NCBI RefSeq assembly: GCF_030028105.1
Contig: NC_092380.1
Span: 26,003,144 to 26,067,143 of the forward strand
Direction of reading: 5' to 3'
DNA length: 64,000 nt
Source: Mobula birostris
Lineage: Eukaryota
The notes under the pieces are model-generated. The model did not search any database. It was given only the letters and a program-made list of their open reading frames with translations, and was not told where the DNA came from. Shown here piece by piece: positions 1-13,130 of the stretch; positions within the stretch are counted from its first letter, which is position 1, and every line of letters starts with the position of its first letter. A program made the translations under genes and the position numbers.

Positions 1-625
1 GAGGTCTCACTAGCGCCTTACAGAGCCTCAACGTCACATCCCTACTCCTATACTCTATTCCTCTAGAAATGAATGCCAACATTGCATTCACCTTCTTCAC
101 CACCGACTCAACCTGGAGGTTAACCTTAAGGGTATCCTGTACGAGGACTCCCACGTCCCGTTGCATCTCAGAACTTTGAATTCTCTCCCTATTTAAATAA
201 TAGTCTGCCCCTTTATTTCTTCTGCCAAAGTGCATAACCATACACTTTCCAACATTGTATTTCATTTGCCACTTCTCTGCCCATTCTTCCAATCTATCCA
301 AGTCTCTCTGCAGACTCTCCGTTTCCTCAGCACTACTGGCCCCTCCACCTATCTTCATATCGACAGCAAACTTAGCCACAAAGCCATCTATTCCATTATC
401 CAAATCGTTGATGTACAATGTAAAAAGAAGCAGCCCCAACACTGATCCCTGTGGAACACCACTGGTAACCGGCAGTCAACCAGAAGAGGATCCCTTTATT
501 CCCACTCTCTGTTTCCTGCCAATCAGCCAACGCTCTATCCATGTATGTAACTTTCCTGTAATTCCATGGGCTCTTACCTTGTTAAGTAGCCTCATGTGTG
601 GCACCTTGTCAAAGGCCTTCTGCAA
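1..625 (-). mobile_element. CR1-clade LINE reverse-transcriptase fragment (degenerate)
   Basis: ORF 476..676(-) contains QKAFDKVPHMRLLNKVRAHGITG..WL..RKQRV, typical CR1 RT; frameshifted. Confidence 0.85.
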
Positions 626-689
626 ATAGCAATGGAAAATCCAGGCACAAAACGGAAAGTTGAATTTAAAACACAAGCAAAGTTAATCA

Positions 690-1675
690 GCAAATTAAAG
701 GCAGATATTCATTTTGAGGGGACTAGAATATAAAAGCAGGGATGTAATGCTGAGATTTTATAAGGCATCGGTCAGACTGTGAGCAATTTTGGGTCTCTCA
801 TTTCAGAAAAGATGTGCTGTCACTCAAGAGGGTCTAGAGAAGGTTCATGAGAATGATCTAGGGAATGAAAGAGTTAATGTATGAGGAGCATTTGATGGCT
901 CTGGGCCTGTACTCACTGCAGTTTAGAAGAAGGGTGGGGCAGGATCTCATTGAAACCTATCAAATATTGAAAGGCCGAGATAGAGTGGATGTTGAGCGGA
1001 TGTTTCCTGCAACAGGAAGGTCTGGGACCAGACCTTCAAGAGGGCCACAACCTTGTTATGGCTTGGAGGCTTGCATGCTTCAATGATGCACAGAGCTATG
1101 TCAGCTGGAGTCAGGGATTTATGCTTTGGCTCTTGGTAGGGTCTCCCATGCCAAACAGGTCAAAGCGTCGAGGCCAGACATAGAGAGGCCCACCGGTCTG
1201 CCAGGTTCGGTGGTTCATCTCAGGGCGAGCAACCCTGACTGGTCATGAAAAAATTGCTACAGAACCAACAATGAAGAATCGTTCTATCTCTGAGTGCGAC
1301 GATATTCCCAAGTCTCCACTCAGGACTTGCATGGCTGTCAGTAGTGAAAACTGAGAGGAAGCTACTGCCACAATGAAGGAAGCCCTAAACGCCGCCAAGA
1401 CCAAGATGAGAAGAGAAGCCAACTCCATCATCAAGACAGCACTCCACTGGACTTCTGAAGGGCACAGGAAATGTGGGAGATGAGAGACAAATTGGTGCCA
1501 TACCACAGAGATAGAAATGAGGACTCTGCATAATAGAGAAGATGGCCAAGGGCAGACAGAGATGGAGAACCTTCACTAAACACCAGAGAATGGGGTTGAG
1601 AGGGATAATAGATGGAATGATGGAGCAGACTCGATGGGCTGAATAGCCTAATTTGCCTATGTCTTATGGTCTTAT
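690..1675 (+). mobile_element. CR1 3' end interrupted by an RTE-like insertion (~1030-1575)
   Basis: GLYSLQFRR..DLIETYQILKGRDRVDVERMF; tail cctatgtcttatggtcttatg at ~1656-1676; the middle part resembles an RTE 5'UTR/3' end. Confidence 0.7.
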
Positions 1676-1949
1676 GTACAAGTTGGTTTATCTACATTCA
1701 CATGACTATTAAGTGTATCTGCCAGTCCATGATCTGCAGGATCAGTATTAGCTGAAGAAACGGTGTTAACTATTGCTAAGTTGTATGTCTGATGCCTCAG
1801 GTTCAGCTGATACGTTCTGTAGGAGCAAACTGAAGGATCCTGAGGAGCTGGTGTTTGAAATAACGGGTGATTTATTAAAGTCTGGGTTTCACCAGGAGAC
1901 CTGTCAAACCTGTTCTATCTCAGTACAAATTTGGTAGAGTTTTTACCAC

Positions 1950-2310
1950 AAGACCATAACATAAAGGAACAGAATGAGGCCACTTGGCCCATCGTGTCTT
2001 CTCCACCATTTCATCATGGCTGATCCATTTTCCCTCTCGGCCCCAGTCTCCTGCCTTCTCCCTGTATCCCTCAATGCCCTGACCAATCAAGAATCCTTAA
2101 ATATACCCAATGACTTGGCCTCCACAGCAATTAATTCCACAGGTTCACCAATCTCCAGCAAAAGAAATTCTGCTCTAAAAGGATGCCCCTCAATTCTGAG
2201 GCTGTGTCCCCTGGTCTCAGACTCGTCCACCACAGGAAACATCCTCTCCACATCCACTCTATCAAGGCCTTTCACCATTCTTTAGGTTTCAACAAGGTCA
2301 CCCCTTGTTC
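1950..2310 (-). mobile_element. CR1 3' end fragment
   Basis: ORF 2087..2278(-) KGLDRVDVERMFP..TRGHSLRI. Confidence 0.8.
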
Positions 2311-2641
2311 TTCCTTTATCCCTCATTTACATTCGAGATCACCAGAAAAACTACATCTTGATAACAGAATGCTGGCTACAGGAAGAGTTAATTAAGCAAC
2401 AAACTAGATAATGATCACAGAATAAAATGATTATCCACAGGTCTAACAGCAAATCCAGTTCTCTATTACAACATTGGGCGTGTGCTGAAACCTGGGTATC
2501 GTCACCGCTGCATTCCATGCCTTTCGTTCCAGGCATTGTCTGTGGTTAGCACAATCCACATCCACAGTTCCTAGCTATGAGCTCTCACAATTCTCTCCTC
2601 TATAACGCATTCCTTGGTCTAAGTGGGTAGGTTCCTATTCT

Positions 2642-3321
2642 AAAACGCAACAGAGATGAGTTCGGTGGGGCAGGAGCAAGCTGAGACAATGGGTCGGCCA
2701 GGACAGGCAGGTTTGTGGATCTTGGGTCGGAGGCAGAAACAGGAAGTGCGAGGTGTGGGAACTATATGGTTGGTAGCAGTGGATGGGAGATCCCCTGAGC
2801 GGATAAAGTCGGTGATGGTGTGGGAGACAATGGCCTGGTGCTCCTTAGTGGGGTCACGATCGAGGGGTAAATAAGAGGAGGTATCCGCGAGTTGTTGCTG
2901 TGCCTCGGCAAGGTAGAGGTCAGTACGCCAGACTACAACAGCACCCCCCTTATCGGCGGGTTTAATAATAAGGTTAGGATTAGTGCAGAGGGAGTGGAGA
3001 GCAGAGCGTTCCGAAGGAGTGAGGTTGGAATGGGGACAAGGTGCGGTGAAGTCGAGACGGTTGATGTCCCGTCGGCAGTTAGCGATAAAGAGATCCAGAG
3101 CAGGCAGAAGACCAGAGCGGGGTGTCCATGAAGAAGAGGAGGGTTGAAGATGGGAGAAGGGGTCATCGGTGTGGGTGGAAGTGGAAGAATAACAGAAACG
3201 AGTTTGGTGAGGCAGGAGCAAGCTGAGACAATAGGTCTGCCAGGACAGGCAGATAACAGAAACGAGTTCGATGGGGCAGGAGCAAGCTGAGACAATAGGT
3301 CTGCCAGGACAGACAGGCAAC
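2642..3321 (-). mobile_element. Penelope-like element RT fragment
   Basis: ORF 2640..3320(-) has SNLT..ERSAL..IIKPADKGGAVVVW and KIHK..PGRPIVS, PLE RT N-terminal motifs; flanked by direct repeat gttcctattct (2631-2641, 3322-3332). Confidence 0.85.
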
Positions 3322-3469
3322 GTTCCTATTCTGCAACATTGAGCATGTCAAAAACACAAATGCTTAACAACAGGCTCGGGGAAGAAGTGGCCTGCAGAGA
3401 CAGTTGCCAGAACCTTCCAAACTTATTCACATTCTGAAAAAGGTCCCTAAAGACTGAAGCAGCACACAG

Positions 3470-4110
3470 AAGACGATCTGGGAATGCAGATCCATAATTC
3501 CTTGAAAGTGTTATCACAGGTAAGTAGGGCTGTAAGGAGAGCTTTTGGCACATTGGCCTTCATAAATCAAAATATTGTGTACAGGATGTTATTTTGAAGT
3601 TGAATTAGACTTAATTTGGAGTATTGTGTGCATTTCTAGTATCTATAAACAGGAAAGGTATCAACAAGATTGAAAGAGTGCAGAGAAAATTTAGAAAGAT
3701 GTTGCCGGGACTTGAGGACCTGAGTTATATGGAAAAGCTGAATAGGTTAGGATTTCGTTCCCTAGAGTGAAGGAGAATTGGGGGGGGGGTGGAATTTGAT
3801 AGAGGTATACAAAATTATGAGGGGTATTGATAGGATAATTGCATGCAGGCCTTTCCTGCTGAGGTTGGGTGAGACTAGAACTAGAGGTCATGGGCTAAGG
3901 GGAACATGAGGGGGGACTTCTTCACTCAGAACGTGGTGAGAGTGTGGAATGGGCTGCCAATGGAAGTGGTAAACGTAGATTTGATTTTAGCATTGAAGAG
4001 AAGTTTGGATAAACACATAGAGGAGAGGGGCATGAGGTCTATGGTTCAGATGCTGGTCAATGGGACTAGACAGAACTAGGGTTCAGCACAGACTGGATGG
4101 GTTGGAGATA
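3470..4110 (+). mobile_element. CR1 3' fragment
   Basis: ttggagtattgtgtgca..gagtgcagagaaaattt..actagaggtcatggg, CR1 ORF2 C-terminal and 3'UTR sequence. Confidence 0.75.
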
Positions 4111-5231
4111 TTGTTTCAAGTTCCAGTATACATTTATTGTTATTCAACTGTACTCATGTCTACCGCCAAATAAAACAACATTCCTCCAGATCAAAGTGCA
4201 CAAAACAGTACAAGTAACTCACACACAACACATAAAGTAATATCACCACAAATAAATCAACAAATAATAAAATATATATCAGAAGACTAACATTCAGCGC
4301 TAGGTGCATTATGACACAAGCTAAAAAGTAAATAGTGCAGTACTACTGGAACTTTGTACCTGATGAGACCTGGGAGGAGGCAGGGAGTTCAGTAGTCTCA
4401 AGGTCTGGGAGAAGAAGCTGTTTCCCATCCTAACAGGTTTTTTACCTCCTGCCTGATGGTGGGTGTGGGGGTTCAAAGAGATTGTTGGATGGATGGTATG
4501 GGAGACAATGCTTCGGGTCCTGCTTACGCAGCACTCCTGATACATATCTCAGATGAGTGGAAGAGAGACCCTTATAATCTTCTCAACAGTCCTCACAATC
4601 CTTTGTAGGGATATGTGTTCAGGTACTTTGCAATTCCATCACGGGTAAAGCCCTCCGAACAATTGAACACATCTACATGAGACACATGAGCAGCATCCGT
4701 CATCAGCGACACCACCTCCCAGGACATGCCTCCTTCTCACTGCTGCCATCAGGAAGAAGGCACAGGAGCCTCAGGACTCACACCACCAGGCTCAGGAACA
4801 GTTGTTACCCCTCAACCATCAGGCTCTTGAACCAAAAGGGATAACTTCACTCAACTTCGCTCACCCCATCATTGAATTGTTCCCACAACCTATGGACTCA
4901 CTTTCAAGGACTCTTCAACTCATGTTCTCAATATTTATTTCTTATTTAGAAACATAGGAAACCTACAGCACAATACAGGCCCTTTGGTCCACAATGCTGT
5001 GCTGAACATGTACTTATTTTAGAAACTACCTAGGGTTACCCATAGCCCTCTATTTTTCTGAGCTCCATGTACCAAATTTGTTTATTGTTATTTTTTCTTC
5101 TTTTTGTAATTGTGCAGTTTTTGTTGTCTTCTCTCATTGAACACCCTAGTTCAATGGTCTTTCATTGTTTCTGCTATGGTTATTATTAAATAGATTTATT
5201 GAGTATGTCCACAAGAAAATAAATTTCAGGG

Positions 5232-6615
5232 TTGCATATCTCACTGCTACAGTTGGAAGTTTCCACCTGGTTTGAAGGGACAACAATCATACCAGTGTCC
5301 AGGAAGAGCTATCGTCCAGTAACGTTCACGTCTACGGTGATGAAGTGCTCTGAGAAGTTGGTTATGGCTAGAGTCAACTCTGGCCTAAGCAAGGACCTGG
5401 GCCAAATGCAATTTGCTTATCGGTACAATAGGTCTACAGCAGACATGCTCCCAATGGCTCTCCATGCGGCCTTGGATCACTAGGCCACTACAAGTACCTA
5501 TGTCAGGATGCTATTGATCGACTATAACTCAGTGTTTAACACCGTCATTCCCACAGTCCTGACTGAAAAGCTACAGAACCTGGGCCTCTGTACCTCCTTC
5601 TGCAACTGGATCCTCAACATCCTAACCAGAAGACCACAATCTAATAATGTCTCCATCTCGCTGACAATCAACACTGGTGCACCACAGTGACGTGTGCTCA
5701 GCCCATTGCTCTACTTCCTCTATGCCCATGACTGTGTGGCTAGGCACAGCTCAAATGCCATCTATAAATTTACTAATTACACCACTGTCATTGGCAGAAT
5801 CTCAGTTGGTGGCGAGAGGGCGCACAGGAGCGAGTTATACCAGTTAGTTGAGTGGTGTCACAGCAACAACCTCGCACTCAACATCAGTAAGATCAAAGAG
5901 CTGATTGTGGACTTCAGAAAGTGTGTTACGAGGGAACACAAAGCAGTCTTCTCAGAGGGATCAGAAGTGGAGAGAGTGAGTAATTTCAAGTTCCTGGCTG
6001 TCAATATCACTGAGGATCTAACCCGATCCCAACATATTGGTGCAGCTATAAAGAAGGGAAGAGAGTGCCCTATTTCACTAGGAGTTTGAAGAGATTTGGT
6101 TTATCATCTAAAACACTCGAAATCCTCTATAGATGTACGGTGGAGAGTATTCTGACTGGCTGTATCACCGTCCGGTATTCGGGGGGGGGGGGGGTGCGGT
6201 TACTAGTGCACAGGATCAAGAAAAGTTACAGAAAGATGAAAAATTAGTCAGCTCCATCTTGGGTACTAGCCTCGATAGTAATCAAGGCATCTTCAAGGAG
6301 CGGTACCTCAGAAAAGTAGCTTCCATCATCAAGGACCCCCACCACCCAGGACATGCCCCCTTCTCACTGTTACCATCAGGAAGGAGGTACAGAAGCCTGA
6401 AGGCACACACACAGCGATTCAGGAAGAGCTTCTTCCCCTCTGCCATCCGATTCCTAAATGAGCATTGAACCCATGAACACTACCTCAGATTTTTTTTAAT
6501 TTCTGATTTTCCACTACTTATCTTAATATAACTATTTAACATATATATATATACTTACTGTAATTCAGTTTTATCTATATCGTATACTGTAATTGTACTG
6601 CTGCTCCAAAGTCAA
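5232..6615 (+). mobile_element. Rex1/Babar-clade LINE, 5'-truncated, degenerate RT
   Basis: YRPVTFTSTVMK, QFAYRYNRSTAD, GAPQ..LSPLLY, IIKDPHHPGH..LLPSGRRYRSL..SFFPSAIRFLN spread over frameshifted ORFs. Confidence 0.85.
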
Positions 6616-7750
6616 CGGTGCTCCTGTAAAGATCTGTTAGAATGTAGGGAGGTGGGGGAGCCTCACTCACTTCAATCTCCTCAGGAAGTGGAGACACTTG
6701 AGTAAAGAGGTTTTGTTGAGGGACCAGGTGAGACTATCTGCTACGTGCCCTCTGACATACTTGGTGCTCGTAACGCTCTCCACGCCTTGGCCTTATCCAC
6801 GTTGATACCGGAACCACTGTCCTCTCTGTACACCGCCTCGTCAGCATTGTTAATGAGGCCAAACACTGCAGTTTCATCAGCCAATTTGTTAGTTCGGTAT
6901 GAGCTGGCTGTAGCAGTGCAGTCACGTGTCAGCGGCGCGAAGCATCTGAGGGATGATCATATTAAAAGTCCGAGCAGAAGCCGAGAAACAGCACCCCGGT
7001 TCCATTTCGCAAACAGGACAGAGTTGTTCTGTGCTGTAGTTCTCTATCACTCTGTGTGTACGACTGACACTCAGTAAACCGAAGCCAATTCAAACCGTAA
7101 TAAATCCTTTCATCACCCTACAACCATCAGGCTCCTGAACCATCTTCTCACCTCTACCATTGGGCGTGGGGTCCAGGAGCCTTAGGTCCCACACCACCAG
7201 GTTCAGAAACAGCTACTGTATTACCCTCCAACCGTCAGACTCCTGACCTGGCGTGGATAACATCACTAACCACAACTCTTTTTCCACAACCTACTTTCAT
7301 GGACTCTATAACTCATGTTGTCAGTAACATTTTAGTTTGCACAGTTTTGTGAACCGGTTGTTTGTCAATATTAGTCTGTATGAGTACAGGTTTTTCGTCT
7401 TTTCTATTGTATTTCCATTTTCCCCTGTAAATGCCTGTAAGAAAATGAATCTTACTGTAATGCATGGTGCCACATACGTACTGCTGAATGGGCACCCCAG
7501 GATCTCCATACCTTCCGCCCAGGCTTGTGCCCTGGAGAGGTCACTGCAGTGCCAAAAAAACCCTATTGTCCTTCAAGACCGATAGATGCTATCATACATA
7601 CCATACTTCGATAAAAAATTTAAAACTTTACTATTTTGTTTCCCATCTACTTCCCACTGCCGAGAGCAGTGTAGTCAAATTGTACGCCAATTAGTTTAAA
7701 AACCACTCTGAGAAACAGTTCAAAATATAGCTTCTGCCGAGATAAACTTA

Positions 7751-7756
7751 TTTATT
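7751..7756 (-). terminator. Candidate polyadenylation signal (AATAAA) for the SAXO3-like gene
   Basis: tttatt on + strand about 470 nt downstream of the stop codon; usage not verifiable from sequence. Confidence 0.4.
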
Positions 7757-8223
7757 ACTGAATTTTCATGTGCTGATTAAGACATTGTCTTTTAAAAAGT
7801 TGTGATTCTCGTTAGAACACAGATCTTTCAAGCAAATGTTTGCAGTAATTGAGATGAATTCTTGGTTTTGCGGAGAGCTGGTAGAGGTTAAACAAGGAGA
7901 GACTGTTGCCACTGGTGAGACGATCAGTAGACAGAGGGCACAGTGGCTAAAGGACCAGAGGGAGATATCAGGAGTAAGGTAGAATATACAATACTTGAAA
8001 GAAAGTGGAAAGAGATCTATTAGTTACTTTCAGAAGCCTGAATTTAACATTTGACAAGGCAAAGACTGAAGGAGATGGAGGAATGAGGGGGAAATGAGTT
8101 AACTGTAGAGCTCCATCAGAAAGTAGAGCTAACATTGATGGGCTGAAAGACCTCATGCAGAGATGCAAAATTCTAATATCATGACCAATGTAAAACAGAC
8201 AATCTGTGTTCCTTTGGGGCTTG

Positions 8224-8632
8224 TCAGATGACCACGGGGTGCCTGGTTCCGTACGCCATATACTCCGTCTTGTACATCAGGGGAACGGACAAGATCTCTG
8301 GAGTGGACGCCTCCTGAGTCACCACCCACGGTGCCCGCAGGGGGCAGGAGACATCTTGTGTCCGCTTCACGTCGTTGGGGGGCTGGTAGGACTCTTGGGA
8401 CAGGGTCTTGAAGCCCCGGTTCGGGACAGGTGGAAGGCGCTTGGGCTGGCGGGGGATCCTGGTTTGGGAGGTGAACACTGTTGGGTCGATCATCGGCCCG
8501 GGGTCTCGGATGATGTGCTGGGCTTCCTTGGGTAGGGGATTCTCCTTCAGCCCATGACCCCAGGCCTTCGGGTAGTCCTCTGTCTGCCAGAAGGTGGCAA
8601 CGTCCTTCTTTGGATATCCCTCCAGCTCCTCC
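8224..8632 (-). CDS. SAXO3: SAXO3-like, coding exon 5 (last)
   Basis: Acceptor ttcaccacag| at 8633; phase 2 joins exon 4; encodes (K)EELEGYPKKDVATFWQTEDYPKAWGHG...VPNRGFKTLSQESY...CPLRAPW...SVPLMYKTEYMAYGTRHPVVI*; resembles the recalled human SAXO3 C-terminus. Confidence 0.8.
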
Positions 8633-9124
8633 CTGTGGTGAAAGGAAGGGGTGGGAGGGGTGAGGACAGACGGACTGGCATTTTACCCGCGGCCAAGCTG
8701 TGTTCAGTGGGTCATGGGAGACGGACCCAGAGAGCCAAACGCACATCGTGTACTCTGTGGCACTGTCCCTGGTGTTATGTGGTTAAATGGCTCAAGCTAA
8801 AGGACTGTAACACCGAGGCAGAAAGGGACTCGGTGTCAGAGCTGTGCAGCAGGTAAATATCTGCTTTATCCCCGAATAGATTCAATGACTCGGCCTCTCC
8901 ATCCCCAGTGACAGAGAATTTCAACACTGACAGCGTTTCCTTCTCAATTCTCTCTTCAATGTTCAGCCACCTATTTGGAAGTGTTACCCCCCCCCCCCCC
9001 CATAGTTTATTTCTGTGCTGTAGTGATCTGTTTCTCCATGATGCCCCAACTAGTGGCAGCAAACCCTTGACATCTCTCCCGCCACAGCCTGTCAGAGTCA
9101 TTCATGATTCATAAAGTTCCCCCT

Positions 9125-9298
9125 CCCAAATTCTGACAAACTCCTTCAAACCCAACCTCTCAATTGTCCCAAACTCTGATAAACTCCCTCAAACCCAACC
9201 TCTCAATTGTCCCAAACTCTGATAAACTCCCTCAAACCCAACCTCTCAGTTGTCCCAAACTCTGACAAGCTCCCTCAAACCCAACCTCTCAATTGTTC
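9125..9298. repeat. Minisatellite, 43-bp unit, about 4 copies
   Basis: aaactccctcaaacccaacctctcaattgtcccaaactctgat at 9138, 9181, 9224 and partial at 9267. Confidence 0.9.
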
Positions 9299-9299
9299 C

Positions 9300-9520
9300 T
9301 CCTTCGACATTCTCTGCAATCTGGTGAACCTGCCTTGATCACATCTCCCTTCAGCCTCCAGCCCTCCAAGGAAAACAACCCAAGTTTGTGCAGCCTATTG
9401 TGATAGCACATGCCCTGTAAACCAGGCAGTAGCCTAGTAAACCTCTTCTTCACCCTCTCCAAAACCTCAATATCCTTCCTATAGTGGGACAACCAGAAAT
9501 ACTCCTACTCTGGCCTAATT
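9300..9520 (-). mobile_element. CR1 fragment
   Basis: ORF 9289..9492(-) HYRKDIEVLERVKKRFTRLLPGL..LGLFSLE. Confidence 0.8.
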
Positions 9521-10099
9521 CATTTCAAGTATATTTATTATCAAAAAATGTACTAATTACATAACCTTGAGATTTGTCCGCTTACAAAGCAAAAACCCCG
9601 AAAGAACCCAATTAATGAAAAAAAATAAAAGACCAACACCTGATGTACAAGAGAAAGAAAAACAATTTGGAAATCGTGCAAACAATTGAAGCGAACAACA
9701 GCATTCCAAACCAAACTGAGTCCTCAGAGCTGAACCCCAGAGCAGCCCACGGTAGGCCCAAAGCCTCACATTTCAGTTCATCATATTAGTGGGCTCAGAG
9801 CATAGCAGCTGGTGCAGTCTTCATTGGCTCAGTACCGTGGAGATGACCATCGTAGAGACCGAGCGAAATCGGCTCTCACCTCAGATCTGGGCCGGTGGTT
9901 AAATTATCTAAGCAGTGAATCATACCTCACATTAGGCCTAACCAGAGTTCTATAACCTCTTGATTTTTGAAATCCGCCTCGATGAATTAAAGTAGGCATT
10001 CTATAAACTGCCGTAACCACCTTGTCGATCTGTGTGGCTACTTTTCAAGGAGCTATGAACTTGGACCCCAAGATCTCTGTGCTCAGCAACATGACTAAG

Positions 10100-10300
10100 G
10101 GTCTTGCCATGCTTCTGATGCCAGCGTGGCATGCCCACAACTCACTAACCCTAACTCGTAAGTTTCTGCGATGTGGAAGAAAACTGGAGCACGCGGATGA
10201 AACCCACTCGGTCATTGGAAGAACAGACAGCGGCGGGAACTGGACTTTGATTGCTGGTGCTGTAGAGTGTTGTGCCAACCACTACTGTGCTGTGCCAGCT
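10100..10300 (-). mobile_element. tRNA-derived V/HE1-type SINE fragment
   Basis: Minus strand gtagtggttggcaca..gtgggtttcatccgcgtgctccagttttcttccacat, similar to the copy at 13381. Confidence 0.6.
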
Positions 10301-10996
10301 CATGGTCCGCCCCTCCCGTTAATACCTTTACCAACTTCACTCTTCCGCCTTCTCACCATAACCTGTAACCCCCTCACCAATCAACCTCTGCCTCGTTGGG
10401 TGCTGAATCTGTGGAACTCAAAGCCACAGGTGGCATTGGGTCATTAGGGCAGAGACCAATAGGTTCGTGATTGGTAAGGGGGTCGGGGGTGTGGTAGTTA
10501 AGGGTTGCGGGAGAAGACAAGAGAAGGAAAACGAAATTAGTTTTAGTGCGGAATAGGTGCTTCTAGCCCTTCAAGCCACACTACCCAGCAACCTCCAATT
10601 TAACCCTAAGCTAATCACGGGACAATTTACAATGACCACTTAACCTACTAACCGGTACACCTTTGGCCTGTGGGAAGAAACCAGAGGACCTGGAGGAAAC
10701 AAATGTATTCCATGGGGAGGACACACAGATGATGTCGGAATGCCAGGCAGCATCTATGGAGAAGAACAAAGAGTTGCTGTTTTGGGCTGAGACCCTTCAT
10801 CAGGACTGGAAAGGAAGAGGGCAGAAGCCAGAGTCAGAAGCAACAACTGTTTATTCCTCTCCATAGAAGCTGCCTGACCTGCTGAGTTCCTCTAGCATTT
10901 TGTGTGTGTCACTCTGTGTTTGAGACAGGTCTGCCAGATGAAAATACGCTTCAGAATCAGAGCAGTAGAGGGAGATGAAAAATAAAATGAACGTAC

Positions 10997-11124
10997 TTTT
11001 TAAAGGCTCTGAAATCTTTGTTGGTGGTCGAGAGGTAAATGTCAGTGAGGCGAAGAACGTCCTTATCTCGAACGTAATACTCCTTCCCGGCCAGCGCCGG
11101 GTTCTCTGTGCTGGCCACAATGTT
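10997..11124 (-). CDS. SAXO3: SAXO3-like, coding exon 4
   Basis: cttcccag|AAC...AAAAA|gtacgt; 128 nt; NIVASTENPALAGKEYYVRDKDVLRLTDIYLSTTNKDFRAFK. Confidence 0.8.
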
Positions 11125-11459
11125 CTGGGAAGTTTAAATATAGAAAGTTACAACTCGCGGTGGAGTCGTTCAGCCTATCACATCCATGCTGAACGATGAA
11201 GAGCCATTGAAGTACCACACGCCACAGCCCACGGCACTGGGGTCTTTCAAACCCGTGGCGAGGACTCAGCCTCCTCTCCCTCTTAGGCCACAGGTTTCAG
11301 ACGCTCCACACACACCCTCCATCTTACCACACTCCCTCCAATCCTCCTGTTAGCTTCAGACACTGTGCCTGAACGACTGCCATCTCTCTCACATGCTCCA
11401 CCCAGCCCACTAAATCCCTCCTCGCTCTCCCAGTTACAAAGAAAACGACCCCAGTCTTT

Positions 11460-11740
11460 CAGAGACAGAGGAGATTCTACAGATGCTGGAAATCCAAAGC
11501 GACACACACCAAATGCTGGAGCAACTCAGCAGGTCAGGCAGAATCTATGGAGAGGAATAAACAGCTGACATTTTGGGCTAAGACCCATCATCAGGCCTCA
11601 TCCAGGAGACTAGCTAAAGGGTCTTGACCCGAAACATCGACTGTACTCTCTTCCATAGATGCTGCCTGGCCTGCTGAGTTCCTTCAGCATCCTGAGTGTG
11701 TTGCTCGGATTTCCAGAATCTGCAGATTTTCTTTTGTTTC
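11460..11740. mobile_element. Palindromic Penelope-terminus / MER6-like element with degenerate hammerhead remnants
   Basis: Inverted arms agatgctggaaatcc..aactcagcaggtcaggcag / ctgcctggcctgctgagttcc..ggatttccag around gggtcttgacccgaaacatcg. Confidence 0.7.
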
Positions 11741-12140
11741 TGAAGAATAAGGAATCTGATAAGAGAGGAGAGTGGACCGTGGAAGAAGGGGAAGGAGGAG
11801 GAACACCAGGGGGAGGTGATAGGCGGGTGAGGAGAAGGGATATGAGAGGGGTCACGCAGGTATATAATTATATTGTGTATATGTGTCTGTATTTGTTGTG
11901 TGTCTTTGTGTGTGTGTGCGTGTGCATCCACATCAGCGTGTATTCACATTGCAGGTATGCAGTATGCACATGCATGTTATATGCATGTATACACTGCCCG
12001 TGTCTTCACACTGAACACGTGTGCCTGTGTTGTTCGTGCCCCTGTCTGCTTGCCAATGGACAACTGGGTCCGTGTTTAACCCATGGGACTACTGAAGCTG
12101 CTGGGTTCCACAGGCAGCTGACGTGCTTCCTCAGCCTTAC

Positions 12141-12302
12141 TTTAGACGGTCCGTTGCTGAGGTGGTTCTCCAGGGTGAACGGTTGTGGTCCTGCCCGGAA
12201 GGCAGTGTCCATGGACAATGGGAGCCGCCCCGTGTACTTGTCCTTCATCTCACTTGTCTGGTTGGCCATGCTCAGCGGAGATTTCCAGTCTCGCCGGCTC
12301 AG
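12141..12302 (-). CDS. SAXO3: SAXO3-like, coding exon 3
   Basis: tatcacag|CTG...AAA|gtaagg; 162 nt; LSRRDWKSPLSMANQTSEMKDKYTGR...AGPQPFTLENHLSNGPSK. Confidence 0.8.
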
Positions 12303-12639
12303 CTGTGATACAGATAAAGAAGCAAGGAGTCTTGAGAAAGAAGCTGGAACAACTACAGTTAATGGGCCTAAGTTTCTAAAGGACAACAGTTGAAGACCAG
12401 CCCATGCCTGGCATTAGTTCATGTGAATCCATATCAGGTCAGAATGTACAGACCATAGTGAAATTAGCTCTCTCTGTACATCTGTGTCATTGCCCTGGCA
12501 ATGTTGGAGGGGAGAGTGAGCAATGAATTACAGTATAATCAGATCCTGTGATATCTGTACTGAGGGTTTGGTGGAACAGACAGAACCTTACTCAGTGCTA
12601 ATCTCTTTGCACCTGCCCCGGGAGGGCTTCTTGAGAAGG

Positions 12640-13130
12640 GGTAAGGAAACTTGGAGTATGTTGCTCAGTTCTGGTCACCTCATTGTTGGAAGGATGTGGA
12701 AGCTTTAGAGAGGGTGCAGAGGAGATTTACCAGGATGCTGCCTGGATTGGAGAGCAGGTCTTGTGAGGAAACCTTGAGTGAGCCAGGGCTTCTCTCTTTG
12801 AAGTGAAGGAGGAAGAGAGGTGACCTGATCGAGGTACAAGATGATAAGAGGCATGGATAGAGTGGATGGCAAGAGACTTTTTCCCAGGGTGTAAATGGCT
12901 AATGTGAGGGGGTATAATTGTAAGGTGATTGGAGGAAAGTATGGGGGGATGTCAGAGGTTGGTATTTTATACAGAGAATGGTGAGTGCATGCCAGGGGTG
13001 GTGGTAGAGGCAGATATGTCAGGGACATTTAAGAAACTCTTAGGTAGGCTCATGGATGATAGAAAAAATGGAGGGCTATGTGGTTGGGAACAGTACTGTG
13101 CTGTAAAGATCTATCTTCTATGTTGTTTTG
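12640..13130 (+). mobile_element. CR1 3' end
   Basis: ttggagtatg..gctttagagagggtgcagaggagatttaccaggatgctgcctgg. Confidence 0.8.

Noticed and set aside
1030-1260. Possible HDV-like or twister ribozyme in RTE 5' modules (also 14323-14560, 59251-59420)
   Set aside because: Could not assign the required pseudoknot pairings by eye; needs a covariance-model search.
2470-2560. Acceptor-like ctaaccacag followed by a short open stretch on the minus strand
   Set aside because: No recognisable protein, donor or partner exons.
1680-8200. Search for LHB (expected downstream of SAXO3 by synteny)
   Set aside because: No cystine-knot beta-subunit motifs (C.GYC, VCTY, PGCP, PVA.SC.C) found in the unique stretches.
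9125-9298. CRISPR-like periodicity
   Set aside because: Contiguous units with no unique spacers; eukaryotic context.
10780-11645. Other hammerhead-like remnants (also ~51455)
   Set aside because: Core boxes mutated or missing (GAAA to AAAA, or no CUGAnGA).
11659-12393. 244-aa + strand ORF
   Set aside because: Chimera of repeat sequence, TG-rich low complexity and antisense SAXO3 exon 3.
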